DNA of 55,768 nucleotides from Octopus bimaculoides. Taxonomy: Eukaryota. Location: positions 44,062,554-44,118,321 of the forward strand of contig NC_068992.1 in assembly GCF_001194135.2 (NCBI RefSeq), in the 5' to 3' direction. This document shows, piece by piece, positions 1-12,810 of the stretch. Below the pieces are notes generated by a model that saw only the letters and a program-made list of their open reading frames with translations, was not told the origin of the DNA and made no database searches. Positions within the stretch are counted from its first letter, which is position 1. Every line of letters starts with the position of its first letter. A program made the translations under genes and the position numbers.

Positions 1-999
1 ATTTATTTTATTTATTTATTAACTATGTAAGACAATTCACTCATTAAGTCTACAGTATAGCCATGTTATATATGTAGATTTAATTAACCACTCCATTTAT
101 TATTGAGTCCAATAGTAATTCCCCACTCCATAAAGATATGTGCACATAGTTATACACGTTTCAGTGGCTTAATGAAGAAGACAACTGAATATTTTCACTT
201 TCGATGTAGAACAAACAGCTGTTGTCCAGCAATCTATGGACACGGTCATATGTGTCCCTTTTACTACACGCAGCAATGAATCAATATATTCTTTTTGTGC
301 TACGAATTATTATTTGCCGAAGCAATAACGTTATTTCACAAAAACTCTTTAATGCCCACCATCAAAAGTTTCAAAATTTACTGTTCACTAAAATCTGGTG
401 TATGATGTAGAGCAAAAATTACATTCTTTGTTTTCGGTCTTCTTTTGAAATTCATTGCCTTCCTGCATACTGCTCATGGCATTGCCAAAAGCAAGAATGC
501 CAAAGCTCTTCTCATTTCCATTAAAATATATCATTTTGCTTTCCATACTTAGAGCTAAATATCCAACATTTGTAATGTCCTCTCCAGCTCTATGTTTTAT
601 CAAAAGAGTTAAAGCGATATGTATTGTTATTCTAAATTAATATTTTGTTATGACATCCTAGAGATGCATGATTTAGGTTAATAAGATTAACATCAGTGTA
701 ACTGACACAATGAATCAATTAATTTGTATTCATTTGCTGGGAAACATAAATCACTTCATTGTCTTGGGATTTTAAGGAGATAAAAGCGGTCTAGATATGA
801 GACAATTATTAGTAGCAGATTATAATTACTATTGTTAGAGGAAATACAACGTAACGTGGCAAGACGCAGACTAGCAAGTATCCTTTGTTTAACCGAAATA
901 TCATCTAATAACATGCAGTTTTCCGCTAATTAACTAATGCCATTTTGCTATCACTTGATAATTATAATAAACTTATAAACTAAGGACTGACACAATGTC

Positions 1000-1197
1000 C
1001 TGGCAGAACCGTTAGGCCGCTGGGTAAAATGCTTGCAGCATTTCGTCCGTCTTTATGTTCAAATTTCTCTCAGGTCGATTTTGCCTTTCACCGTTTCAGG
1101 GTGGATAAAATAAGTACCAGCTGAGTACTGGGCCCGATGTAATCGACTTAGGACATCCTCCGAGATTGCTGGCCTTGTGCCCAAATTTGAAACCAAT
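1000..1197 (+). mobile_element. tRNA-derived SINE family 1 copy
   Basis: TGGCAGAA A-box-like head, GTTCAAAT B-box, GTCGATTTTGCCTTTCA...AAGTACCAG body, tail CCAAATTTGAAACCAAT; shared with at least 7 other copies in the window. Confidence 0.85.
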
Positions 1198-1352
1198 ATA
1201 TAACCCTCCCACCTTTACTCTTCCTCCTTTTACCGAACCGCTAAGTTACGGGGACGTAAACACACCAGCATCGGCTGTCAAGCGATGTTGTGTGTGTGTG
1301 TGGGGGGGGGCACAAACACACAAACACATACACACACATATATACATATAAA

Positions 1353-1446
1353 CGACGGGCTTCTTTCAGTTTTCATCTACCAAATCCACTCACAAGGCTT
1401 TAGTCTGCCCGAGGCTATAGCAGAAGACAGTTGCCCAAGGTGCCAC
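1353..1446 (-). mobile_element. SINE family 2 fragment
   Basis: CGACGGGCTTCTTTCAGTTT...AAATCCACTCACAAGGC...GAGGCTATAG..GAAGACA.TTGCCCAAGG is the reverse complement of 40590-40690. Confidence 0.82.
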
Positions 1447-1593
1447 ATACATATATTTACATTATTTATACATATACATACATACATACATACATGCACA
1501 CACATACACACACTGATTAGTTCACTTGGTTGTCACATTGGCGTTGAAAATCAAGTCGTAAAAAAGAATGCTCTTTAAATAAACAATGCACCT

Positions 1594-1746
1594 AATATCG
1601 GTTTCAGATCATGGCACAATTCCAGCAACTTCAGGCGAGGGGATGAGTCGATTACATCGAACCCAAATGGATGAAGCGCAAAGTCGACTCCGGTGGCATT
1701 TCAACTCAGAACCGTACACGCAGTAACCATTCTGCCAGCTCTCCGT
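1594..1746 (-). mobile_element. SINE family 1 copy, internally deleted
   Basis: Reverse complement matches the head, GTCGACTTTGC and tail of 1000-1197. Confidence 0.8.
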
Positions 1747-2220
1747 CTTGCAATGCACTAAATATTGAGTATTTTATCCCTCTACCGTTGGAAAAATCTT
1801 CTGTAACACGTAATATACGACTCAATATATTGGTACACCGACAAGTACATATATATATACAAATACAGTACGTACATCCATACATACATATAAACATATA
1901 TATGTAATGTGTGTATGCTCATTATAAATGTTTTATTTATTATATTTATTCTTTTATTTTCAGATAACCATTCTGCATTAATTAGATGTGGTTAATTATT
2001 TAAATATGCAATTTTTCCCTTCGTGGTGGAATATTTTCGTGGCCAAGATGATGTATAAGATTCTTCTGTGTTGAAAAACTGCTCTAGGATTGCCAAGAAA
2101 CAACAACAAAACAAACAAAAAACCAAACACGAAACAAAACAAAAAAAAAAACCCGGCAGATTTTAAAAGAAATTGAAAAAGGTGAAACGCTGATATATTA
2201 CGTCTGGGATATATACACTC

Positions 2221-2260
2221 ATACATACATACATACATACATACATACACACATACATAC

Positions 2261-2291
<31 letters not shown>

Positions 2292-2320
2292 TGTATGCAT
2301 GTATGTATATGTATGTATAC
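2221..2320. repeat. (CATA)n-(TATG)n self-complementary microsatellite
   Basis: Direct reading. Confidence 0.95.
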
Positions 2321-2672
2321 ATACAAACACATGTTAACAGAATAACTAATGCGTTTAAATTCAGCTGTACATAGTATTAGTCGTTTGTGACATTCTGGAA
2401 CGCAACCAGCCATAAGACACAGAAAGTTGATGAAATTCTAAGACGCAATGCTTTGATATAATTCTGTAAAAATATATTTGGCGTTCAAAACGAAAAAAAA
2501 AAAAGTTTAATAAATGTACATTGGAGGAGATTTTTTTTAAAACGAAGAATGTCTTACATAAATTTATATTTTTCTATATATAAACGTAACTCATAAAACA
2601 GCAAGCTGCATTGATCTTCCGTGAGAGTTTTTTGGAAAAGTTTATTTCGCACATTATATAAGCCTTTGGGAC

Positions 2673-2712
<40 letters not shown>

Positions 2713-3080
2713 GTATGTATGTATATGCATATATGTTGCACATGCATTTGTACCCGAGAAACTATCGAAATGTTAATGTCTAAAAAAGCAATGGTTTAAA
2801 CTGTCTATTGCAATTTTTGGTGAGTTATCATTTGTCCAATAATACATGTGTTGTTATTGGAGTAGAATATTCCTTGTCTACAAAATAAGATCGATATTTT
2901 AACGGCCACTTTAGTGAGTAGTAAGTTCTTACTGCCACTCACACCCGGCATTCACTACCATTGCTGTGCTACACAGCGTTATCACCAATTTCAAAACAGT
3001 TAGATTCACGCCTGGTCAATAATCAAAACAGACCTGTTTAACAGGAACAACTTTTTCAAATACACCGAACTTGTGTCTTT

Positions 3081-3150
3081 ATGATCTCCGACGAAAACGT
3101 GGCAAGTACCGTAAATAGCAGCAATGAAGGGGTATTTAATACAAGCACAG
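3081..3150 (+). CDS. Putative upstream coding exon of the FNDC4/5-like membrane protein gene (MISDENVASTVNSSNEGVFNTST); may be an internal exon starting at acceptor 3045
   Basis: ATG at 3081, open frame to donor CAG|GTCGGT at 3150/3151, phase 1. G+AT joins in frame to the exon at 13791. Encodes two N-glycosylation sequons (NSS, NTS), fitting a luminal N-terminus. Kozak context is weak and an in-frame acceptor TTTAACAG|GAA lies at 3044/3045. Confidence 0.6.
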
Positions 3151-4490
3151 GTCGGTATATTATTATTATTATTGATGTTGTTATTGTTGATATTGGTGGT
3201 GTGTATGGTTTTGGTTTTTTGGTGCTAGTCGTAGTGTTGGTGACGTACTAGTTATTACAATATCTAGCTCAGTGGCCAATGTTTGTGCTTTGTTTCAAAT
3301 GCCACCGGCATTAATTTTGCTTTTATATTCCTCGGTCGATAATGTAAGTACTTAATGGTAAAATCAGACAAATCAATCGCTCGTTCATCCAGAATACCTG
3401 ATACCAAAGAATTCATTATTGTATTTTTATGTCTCTATCCTGGTAAAAATCAGGAGATAGCAATCATTAATTCCATCACACAACAAATAAACTCACAAAA
3501 TAGTTTTTTTCTCAAAATAAAACTAAGATTTTGTACCTAACCAAGACATTATTCTTCTCCTTGTTGTTTTTATTGCTAATGATAGCTTCATATTTTTGTG
3601 CATAGGATTACACTGAAAATATCGACATCTATAACTTTTGACGACTATTTTCGTATGAAAAGGAAACCTATGTTTAATAACCATTTGCTTTTAAAACCGT
3701 ATTGTTTCTGTAACCACCTCAGTTGACATTTTATAAAGGCAGCATTTCAAAAGAAACCTCTAAAATTTTATGATATTGATAACAGTTTACTTTTTAAGTT
3801 ATCTTCCATAAAGTCAATATTATTTTCAGGAAACATTCATCAGCCTCACAAACCAACATCCATAACAACCGATTTTTATAACTGAAAAACGCTGGTAATA
3901 TTTGTTCTCGTTGATAAATTAATCAACGAATAAAGATTTTGAATATTTTAATGATGCAGATTAATCCCCAATTAATTCAATTGTAATCCATTTAGCGCTT
4001 TTTCTTTAAAATCCAACACTTGTATTTAATGCATTTAACACATTTGTACCTACATCAATCTATTAACGCTTAATTTAGTTGAAAGTTCATAATTTTTATT
4101 GCCATTTGAGTGGATTCATTTCTTTAGTAGAGAACATCTAAAAGTACCTAAAACATTTAAACATCGTTTAACATCGTTTAACATTAGTAAACGAGATTTA
4201 GCAGTTGCAAATACATTACAAATGAAATAACATTCCTTCTTGCCTCGTAACGTCTATGAAAGGAAAGACTCGCAAGTGCTACACACTTGGATATTTTGAT
4301 TTATTCCTTAAATGAGTGATTAAATATTGAATAACCTTTGATTACCAACTAAGAAATGTAAAACATTACTATGGGTTCAATTTCTGTAACCGCACTTACA
4401 TTCATGTCTTTCAGATCAACATTCTCATTAAGTAGCTGTCTGTTGCTTATTTCACTTTAATTTTTCTGTAGCACACAAGTCATTACTTGA

Positions 4491-5960
4491 AAATGACAGA
4501 TGAACAGGGGCGCGAATTACTCGAGCCCGAAAGGATGTGTGATGCCTTTCAACAGCACTTTGCCCGACTGTTCGGGACAACTGGTGGGTCAGAACGCAGG
4601 GTAGACTTTAATGCCTATCTACATGGCCTGCCATGTCTCTCGACGAGAGAAGCCGAATGTTGTTAAAGACCCATCAAAGCTGCGGATGTATGGAATGCGG
4701 TGGCAGGCTGCGCAAGAGACAAGTCGCCAGGCTTGGATGGTCTACACTACGAGCTTTATGGTCATATGCCAGACTTGATTGGAGACGTCTTGGTAGCATT
4801 CTACTGCAGGTAACAGCAATACAGGAGTATCCCCAGTTTTGTGAACCGAGGAGCGGTGGCACTGCTAAAGAAAGATCCAAACAAGGGGAACGTCATAGAT
4901 AACTTCAAGCCCATCACTCTGTTCAACGCAGATTTGAAAATTTTGGCCAAAGTGCTAGCTGAGAGGTTGGCGCTTGTCATCAAAAAACTGGTCGACAAGG
5001 CGCAAAGGTGTGCCGTGCCGAGCAGAAGTATCCAAACAACCTCCGCCTCATGCGTTTCAACATATACAGGGTAGTTAAGGAACCTGGCATGGGTGGGGCG
5101 CTGATCAATTTGGATCAATCGAAAGCTTTCGATAGGGTCGATCATCGTTACTTGGAGGCTGTCCTTAGGGCGGCTGGTTTCGGTCCCATCTTCTGCGGTT
5201 GGATCGTTGCCTTATACAGCATCATCCAATCGGTAGTTTGCGTAAATAGTCATCTATCCAGACCATTTAACATCTCACGTTCGGTCCGTCAAGGATGCCC
5301 CATCTCATCTCTTCTGTATGTATTGACTCTAGAGCCACTACTGCGGAAGCTGGCGACGCTGAGAGGCATCCGCGAGAACTGGGATGCAGGAAGAGTGTGT
5401 CTGCATACGCGGACGACGTCACCGTCATAGTGCCGAGGTACAGACATATCGACCTGGTCGGCGAGACACTAAAAGAATACGAAGCGGTAACAGGAGCGAA
5501 AATTTACCCGGAAAAGTCAGTGGGCTTGCATACTCTTCCGGTTTTTGTGGAAGGGAAGCGTTCCGATGGTCAGGCGATCCATTTGCTGCTAACATCCCCT
5601 AAATGGAGGGCTGGACATACTGTGGTTAATGATGCGCAGACATGCGCTGAGACTGCGACATCTCCAGCGTTTCATAGAAGACGGTGACAGGTGTGGTCGT
5701 CGTTTGTGAGACGCATTTTTCCNNNNNNNNNNNNNNNNNNNNNNNNNNNNNNNNNNNNNNNNNNNNNNNNNNNNNNNNNNNAAGGCGTTCTAGAAAGGAT
5801 TAGTGGAGGGGAGGTGCGACGTTGTTCTTGGGGAGACCCTAGTCGTCGATGAGGAATACTTGGCCCACCTCTCCAGGATCACTTTCGGGTCGGGACTAAG
5901 GACAATTTCTAGAGATCCCTGGCCTGACAGTGCTATCGGAAAGCATTGCTCGTTCGGAAT
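4491..5960 (+). mobile_element. Tx1/L1-clade non-LTR retrotransposon ORF2 RT fragment, frameshifted
   Basis: KSPGLDGL, NFKPITLFNADLKILAKVLAERL, LDQSKAFDRVDH, VRQGCPISSLLYVLTLEP and SAYADDVT across several frames. GC-rich relative to flanks; contains gap 5723-5781. Confidence 0.92.
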
Positions 5961-6780
5961 AAGCTCTACTGGCACGGTTCGAGAAATAACTTCGACTATA
6001 AAATTTTTTCTTTCTTCTATATGACAAAATATACAAGTATACGAAGTTTCAAAGTGTTTCGGTAGAAAACACACTAAATAAAAACTAAATAAAAAATGGT
6101 GTCCGCCAAATCAGAAAGATCCAAAACATCCCATAGATATTCATTTCGGCTTCTGTGAATTGCATTTTAAAACTATGTTTATTGATGTAGCTGAGGAGGC
6201 ATGGCTATCTGTAAGAATGGCGGAAAACCTATTTTAAATTGATTTATTATAAAAACATAAGCATCTACTGTTATTGATTTACTGTTAAGAGAAAACATAT
6301 ACGTGTATATGTATGTACATATGAGATGATAGAAATAAAGATATGATTGTCGCTGATAAAAACAGGAAGCCAATAAAACACCTTACATTGTTGGAGTGAG
6401 AGACGAGAGCAGAAGAAAAGAAAATGCAGAATCTATCGTAAAATATTTCGAATTCTCTTAGAGAGGTCTCTAAAGAATAAGTATTTTACTCATAAAATAT
6501 ACAGAAGTGTGTGATAGAGTTTCTGATAAAAAAAAGTTAGCTTCATGATTAACTGTAACAGCGACAAGAATTCTTAAGAAATACAAGTTGCTGATGGCAA
6601 ACAAATATTTAACGAAAAAATTTTCATGAGAAAATTTGCTCTATAATTTTGTGACAGCTAAATGAGAAGAAAGTACTTCTTGGTGCTAAAAGCAATTTAT
6701 CAGTAGTATATATAACTGTTTGATTGAAAGTTAAAAGGTTTCGCTGTCACATTTCAAACATTTCACATTCTATTTACATC

Positions 6781-6943
6781 TTTCGTCTGACTTAACGTTC
6801 TGAGTTCAAATTCCGCCGAGGTAGACTTTGCCTTTCATCCTTTCGGGGTCAATAAATTAAGTACCAGTTGCGCACTGGAGTCGATCTACTCGACTAGCCT
6901 CCTCCTCCAAAATTTCGGGCCTTGTGTCTAGAATAGAAAAGAT
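6781..6943 (+). mobile_element. SINE family 1 copy (alternative tail CTAGAATAGAAAAG)
   Basis: GTTCTGAGTTCAAATTCCGCCGAGGTAGACTTTGCCTTTCATCCTTTCGGGGTC...AAGTACCAGTT. Confidence 0.9.
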
Positions 6944-7113
6944 TCTATATACATCTCTGTCCGGTCTTATAGCAATGTTGCTTCCACAGGACACGTACAC
7001 TGGGTTAATAAATAAACCGGGAAGGATTTATAGAATGACTTCACACATAATAAATTTAGCTTGAGGCCATTTATGCATTCATACATGCATTTATACATAT
7101 GTATACACGTATG

Positions 7114-7116
<3 letters not shown>

Positions 7117-7188
<72 letters not shown>
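7117..7188. repeat. (CA)n microsatellite
   Basis: Direct reading. Confidence 0.98.
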
Positions 7189-7191
<3 letters not shown>

Positions 7192-7979
7192 TACAGACAG
7201 ACATATATCGCATCATAGTAAAATAGAATTTGTATTCTAGATCTCTAAATTACACACATACAGACATTCATTCATAGAATATACTTAGTTCAAACAAGCA
7301 TAACTAAAACTTAATTGCAATACTTAAATTAATTTGCATACTAGCGGTGTTATTACACAATTAGCAAATACTTATGCACAATGCGGTGTATATTAGAAAA
7401 GTTAAAATAAATTTTAATTTGTAAATTAGAATTTTTAAACCTTACGCAGCGGGACATTAAACGGATGTTAAATCATCTTGTTATTCTCTCCGTACATAGC
7501 AGGTATTTGTTCTCTGATGAACTATTAAAGAAACTTGGAACATAGCAGAGTAATCTTCATTATATTATTATGTGTATTTTCTCTGTAATATTAATTAATT
7601 AATCACGCAGTAATCAAACCCATTCTGCGAAAATTAGTCTAACAGCTTCTGTTTTATCAAAATAGCTGTTTGTCATGAGATCTCTTCGTCACTATTGAAG
7701 GAGAAGGTACCTACTGTCTGTCGAGATATCAAAGAATTTATTTTAGGTTTTGTAATACACTAAATTATTAATAAATTCAATAATAGTTCTTTTATTCCTT
7801 CTTTCTGACTAGGGAGTGGGTCTGCTCGGGTTCTGATCATTGTATGTGTGCAGGTGTGCAAAATGGATTTTTGTTTCAACGTGTGATAGAGATTAAGTTG
7901 TCGTCAATGACCTGATTGCTGAAGACAAAACGATGGTTTAGTTGAGACTGGATTTGGTAACGAATGACAGATTAATGGA

Positions 7980-8541
7980 GTTTCAAAAATTAGTAGTAAT
8001 GTTTTCTCGTCAGACCAATTTTTACATTCTTCTTTGAAGTTTTCTTCGTATCTTCGAAAATATACAGAGTAGGTAATCCCTTCTTCTGGATTATAACTGA
8101 ATTCTTCAATTGAGTTTGCTACACTGTCTGGCGAGTACAAACCTGAAGTATTTTCAGACTCCTTCAACATTAAGTCCAGCAGCTTTTGATTTTGTTGTTA
8201 CTGTCGTTGTAGTTGTTCTTGTTGTCCTGCACGGAGATCCGTGTTAAAACGATTTTTTCTTTGGTTTCGTACCAAAAACGAAAAATTATAAAAGTCCAAC
8301 GCAAGCTTCGAACAACTCGTCGCCACTCCTATATCCTGGTGTTGGATAAATAATTTAACAAAGCAAGGGAAAGGAATATTTACACAACGCAATACGATTA
8401 CTATTACACGAGACTCAACGCTCTCAATCAACGGCTCACAATGAACTGCTTACTCTCAACTACTCACAGTTCTATATTTTATAGCAATGTGTCAGTCCAC
8501 TTTTAGTCCCTTGGGATGGTAGTCGGAATTCTTCCACAACA
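7980..8541 (-). mobile_element. Truncated Gypsy-type LTR retrotransposon: 5' LTR, PBS and start of gag
   Basis: Minus strand TGTTG (8541)...CAACA (8340), TATAAAA (8477-8483), PBS-like TGGCGACGAG (8325-8316). Then a Q-rich frame with one stop leading to SPDSVANSIEEFSYNPEEGITYSVYFRRYEENFKEEC, matching recalled K02A2.6-like gag N-termini. Confidence 0.78.
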
Positions 8542-10234
8542 CCTTTTTTTATGTATATACATAGTATAAATGCAAATTAAAAGAAGATATTTGTAAATAG
8601 CTTTTGAAATCTCGCTAAAATAACATAGTGAATCTTTAATGGTCTATTTCTGCTGAAATTTTTTTGTAGGCCGGCAAAAAATCTGTTCCAATGAAATATG
8701 TCAGTAAATCAAACATAAGCACATGTATCTATTACTCAACATATGCACTACTTGCAAGCTTACATGTTAATCTAAATGTACAAAATTAACATCTATGCAA
8801 ATTATATGTTTTTGTTTGCTTCCATTAACAAAAGTGAGTGCATATTCCATCGTGATAAATATGAATAAATCTCTATCATATATGGAAACTTTGAAGCCTG
8901 AACTTCACTGAAAAGTCAGATTTATGTCTTAAACAGTCCATACCTTCCAGTGATAAACGTTTATGTTACAAAAGAGTTTCTCAAATTCGTTGATAAATGT
9001 ACATATCCATGCTAGTACATGAATATTTTCACTTAGACGCTATCCAAAGTTAGCCTACTGGATAGGAGCTAGAAGTAATTTATCGAAAATGTTCATTCCA
9101 TAACAGACACGAATCTATCTGTTTTATAAGTGAAACGGAAATAAATAATTTTTCAACGTACTCATGAGAAGATTGAGATAATGAATCTAGGGAAATTTAT
9201 GATTAGATTGGCCACAAACGTTATTTCTATATTTTATCACTTTGCTTTAGAAACATTATGGAAAAACATAAATTAATGTATATGTGTTGTGTAATAAACG
9301 TATTGCTTAGTTCTTATTGACAGATTTCTTGCACTGTGATGGCTCGAACTTTTAAATAAAAGTTAAGATATATTTATTAATAGAAAAATAATTTACCTTA
9401 GCAGCTATAAAATGATATATTGCCTACCAAAATACACGCATAAAGACTTATCAACATAATAATCCATAATGGATAAAAAAATCTTTTGTGACATGCATGA
9501 CCTCTTAAAGGGGATCTGTCCAGAAACAGAAAATGAATTTCTCTATTGTACGTTTTAAAATATAATCCCTTTGCGAGTTATTCTGTCATTCGTCCGCCCT
9601 AGCTTTATATGGTAAACCATGACTTTCGTCTACATAAATACGCAGTCGAACATATTCCAAAGCGTCTGCAGAGTTTATAATGCGTGAGAGTCGAATCTAA
9701 TGAACTGTTTTTAACAATTGCCTTTGAACCTATTCAAAACCAATTCAACTTAATATCTTAAACTATCACATTTTAAGCTGTTATGGTATCTCATTAGAGA
9801 AAAGAATAAATGGCTCGAAGTCTGATGAATTAGAATATAGTCCTTACGATTAATTACACATAAAGATATGGCTACAGAAAATTGTGCCTTCCTGAAAAGA
9901 AATGCAAGTGAACATTTCTACAATCAACTAATAAAACCAAATGTTAAACATTTATCACCCAAAAATTACCATTATCGCACCCAGTAACTTAGTTTAGCTA
10001 TTTTTCTACAAAAGCCCAGAAATATTTAAAAAAAAGTTATTTCTGTTCATATTTATTCACGACCTGTTTGTTATGCTTTTCTTTGCTGATTTTCAAGCGT
10101 GACCAACTGACAGTATTGATATTATGCAACCCACTCATTCTTGGTCTACCTCTAGATTTCCTGCCAGCTGGTTTCAAATCCGTATTTCTTTCGATTTTCT
10201 AATCACATGTTCATAGTCCCGTAATTGTAACCTT

Positions 10235-10544
10235 TTCGAGTTGCTGGACCACTCTGCATACAGTCCAGATCTCGTCCCTTCCGACTATCACCTTTTTGGA
10301 CTACTCAAACATCGTTTATGAAGTCGTTGATTTGTTAGGGATGAAGAAGCGCCGGAAATGATGCATTAGTGACTGAGGGAGCAGTCAAAAACATTTTCCA
10401 CCCATGGAATAAGCAAGCTTGTGGACCACTGGAAGAAGTGCATCAAAAACATATGTCGAAAAATGATATAATTGTTTAACGTCTGCATTTGTTGTACCAA
10501 ATTACAGAATCAAGAGACCGTATAATGTTTGACTTATCCTCGTA
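10235..10544 (+). mobile_element. Mariner transposase 3' fragment with right TIR
   Basis: LDHSAYSPDLVPSDYHLFGLLK...GISKLVDHWKKCI..YVEK* with stops; ends TTTGACTTATCCTCG+TA. Confidence 0.9.
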
Positions 10545-11192
10545 GTTTCCGCTTCTTTCTGATTCACTTTATCTCCCTAATTCATATCACCGCCTTTTTA
10601 ATCAAACCGCCAGCATACTTGTATACACACGGACCTGATTCACTACACTAAACTTCAATTAAATGGACTTATTCATATTATCTTTAATGAAATTTACATT
10701 TGACAATTTTATTTCAGACTTTTAACTTCCGGTCAGAATCTGTTATGAAACATTTTATTCTATTTAAAACATTAGCAAATCAATTTTACTTTTAATCGTA
10801 AAAATCTTCCGAATGAATACTGCACTCTTTATTTTGCTAATTCACTAGCTAGAGAACATAATAATATCTTCAGACGACTGAAGTTTAATATTCGACTATC
10901 AGTTGAAACGTGCCGCATGTAACAGCAAAATTAAATATTTCAGTACTATAGCATAAAAGGAATAGAGGTTTATTACTTTGTTAAGAACAATAGTAGGATT
11001 AATGAAATGAGTTAACTTCAGATTAGATTGAAATAACATTGTTTAATGTTTGATGGAGCTTTCTACTTCTACATTCTACTACCGACGTTATAAAATACTG
11101 AGGAAAATCTTGACAACGTAGATGGACCTACAATATTCTAAAAGAATATATAAAACATGATGTGGCAACAATAAAGAAATAATAATGATGAT

Positions 11193-11600
11193 AATGAAAA
11201 AGCAACCATACTCTGGGATATACCAATACATACAGATAGAGAAATTAATGTTGTCAGAGATCACCAAGAAAAAAATGCTTTCTAAACGATGTATCAATAC
11301 CAACAGATGACGATATTTCTCGAAAAGAAACAGAGAAACTTTCAAAGTACAAGGATATGGAAATAGAGGTAACTCGAATAAGGAAAACAGAAACAATTCC
11401 TATTATAGTGGGCGTATTAAGTATGATAAAAATATTCAGACAAATACATATCAAAAACTCCAGGACTAACAAGTATATATAACATACAAAAAATAGCACC
11501 CCTAGGCACCGCGCACGTCCTGCCTAAAACACTTTCAATACAGTAAAAATAAGAGCATCACCCCAGTATCACGTTGATGGCATGCACTGCTCTCTCACTC
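11193..11600 (+). mobile_element. 5'-truncated RLE-type (R4/Dong/NeSL-like) non-LTR retrotransposon 3' end
   Basis: NEKATILWDIPIHTDREI..VVRDHQEKKCFLNDVSIPTD..KETEKLSKYKDMEIEVTR..IPIIVG..IQKIAPLGTAHVLPKTLSIQ* (restriction-like endonuclease domain), then a 3' UTR and AAT-rich tail. Confidence 0.85.
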
Positions 11601-12289
11601 AATAATAATATTAATGATAATAACTACAACAGCAATGAGCAAGAATATGAAAAAGGAAAGTAAAACTGTAATATCTTTTATCATCAAACAATAGGAGAGA
11701 TTTGATTGTAGTGATCGAAAACTTACTTCGGTAGTAAAACCATTATTGATGGTAAATAATGGCCTAGGAGATATAATATTTTTCTCGGTAGTGAAAGAGA
11801 AGACTATAAAGAATAAATACTATTTTATGAAAGAAGGCTTAGATAACATGAGAAAAAAAAAAACATTCTTATAAATTGCTTGAAGCTTATTTGTACTTAA
11901 TTGTGTTTCTATTTTGTCTTATTTCATGTAGGTTTTTACAGATTTATATAAATGTCTATAAAAAGATCTGGACAGAAATAGAAGCCAAGAAGCGTTTACG
12001 TATATAATTTTTTTTGAGAAAATATTTCAAACAATTGCATGAAATTTACTGTAAACTTTGTAGTGTTGATGATTATCTGTTTCTTTCTTGCGTAGGAACA
12101 ACTTTCGAAATAGGCAGTGTCTTTTTTTCCCCTTTTTTTGTCTAGAGTAAGCACCAATTACCTCGATACACTCTCTGAGACAAGTGGAATCTATGCTGAC
12201 TCCCCGAATAGAGAGCTCGAGAACATCTTTCAATAGTGTCATTCCAATTTTGCCGCCTTCAGTATCAAAACGACAATCCCTTCACATAT

Positions 12290-12810
12290 CAAGTATCTAC
12301 GCCACCTCAACACGAACGGTACACAATGAGAACCATCACAATCACTTCAAATGCTAAGTCTAATTAACACAGGAGTTTTTCTGATGAACGCACATCATCA
12401 ACATAGACTATATCGCAAACGCTAGCATTACCCACCAGCGCCAGAGAATATTTCTGCTTCCAGTAACTACTGATCGTCTACAAATTTCAGAGGAGACGTT
12501 AATGTTACATTTGAAGCTGTGCTTGGTGGAAAATTGTTGCCACACGTGGGACGGTGTTACAGATACACATGCAGACGTCCTAAACTGCATCCTTGTGGCT
12601 CAAACCCACAAACATGCTTCTCTTCTCTGTATTTTCTGATGATACTATAGTAGCCTCTACTCTTCAGTGCTGGTTGGTCTCACACAACCTTCACTCAGGG
12701 ACTCCAAACTCACAAGTCTCTTCTCATTACACAATAGTCTGGAATTTCCTCTTTGTACATATTTCCATCAGGTCATTGTTTTGCAACTGTTTTAAGAGAC
12801 ACGTAGAGTG
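12290..12810 (+). mobile_element. Decayed CR1-group LINE, 3' end of ORF2
   Basis: YKFQ...ENCCHTWDGVTDTHADVLNCI and VWNFL..IFP..LFKRHV fragments, as in post-RT regions of CR1/L2-like elements. Related to the 17460-19340 copy. Confidence 0.62.

Noticed and set aside
100-640. Minus-strand TVSIDCWTT motif suggesting a hAT transposase, and ORF 388-603
   Set aside because: Only one short motif with surrounding stops and no other hAT motifs; could be chance.
1964-1990. Strong-looking acceptor TTTTCAG at 1963, possible upstream exon of gene 1
   Set aside because: No convincing donor or phase-compatible coding frame; at most an unverifiable UTR exon.
7514-7560. CTGATGA...GAAA hammerhead-like spacing (also CTGATGA at 26086 and CCGATGA near 37292)
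   Set aside because: Stem II, stem I or GAAA cannot be formed.
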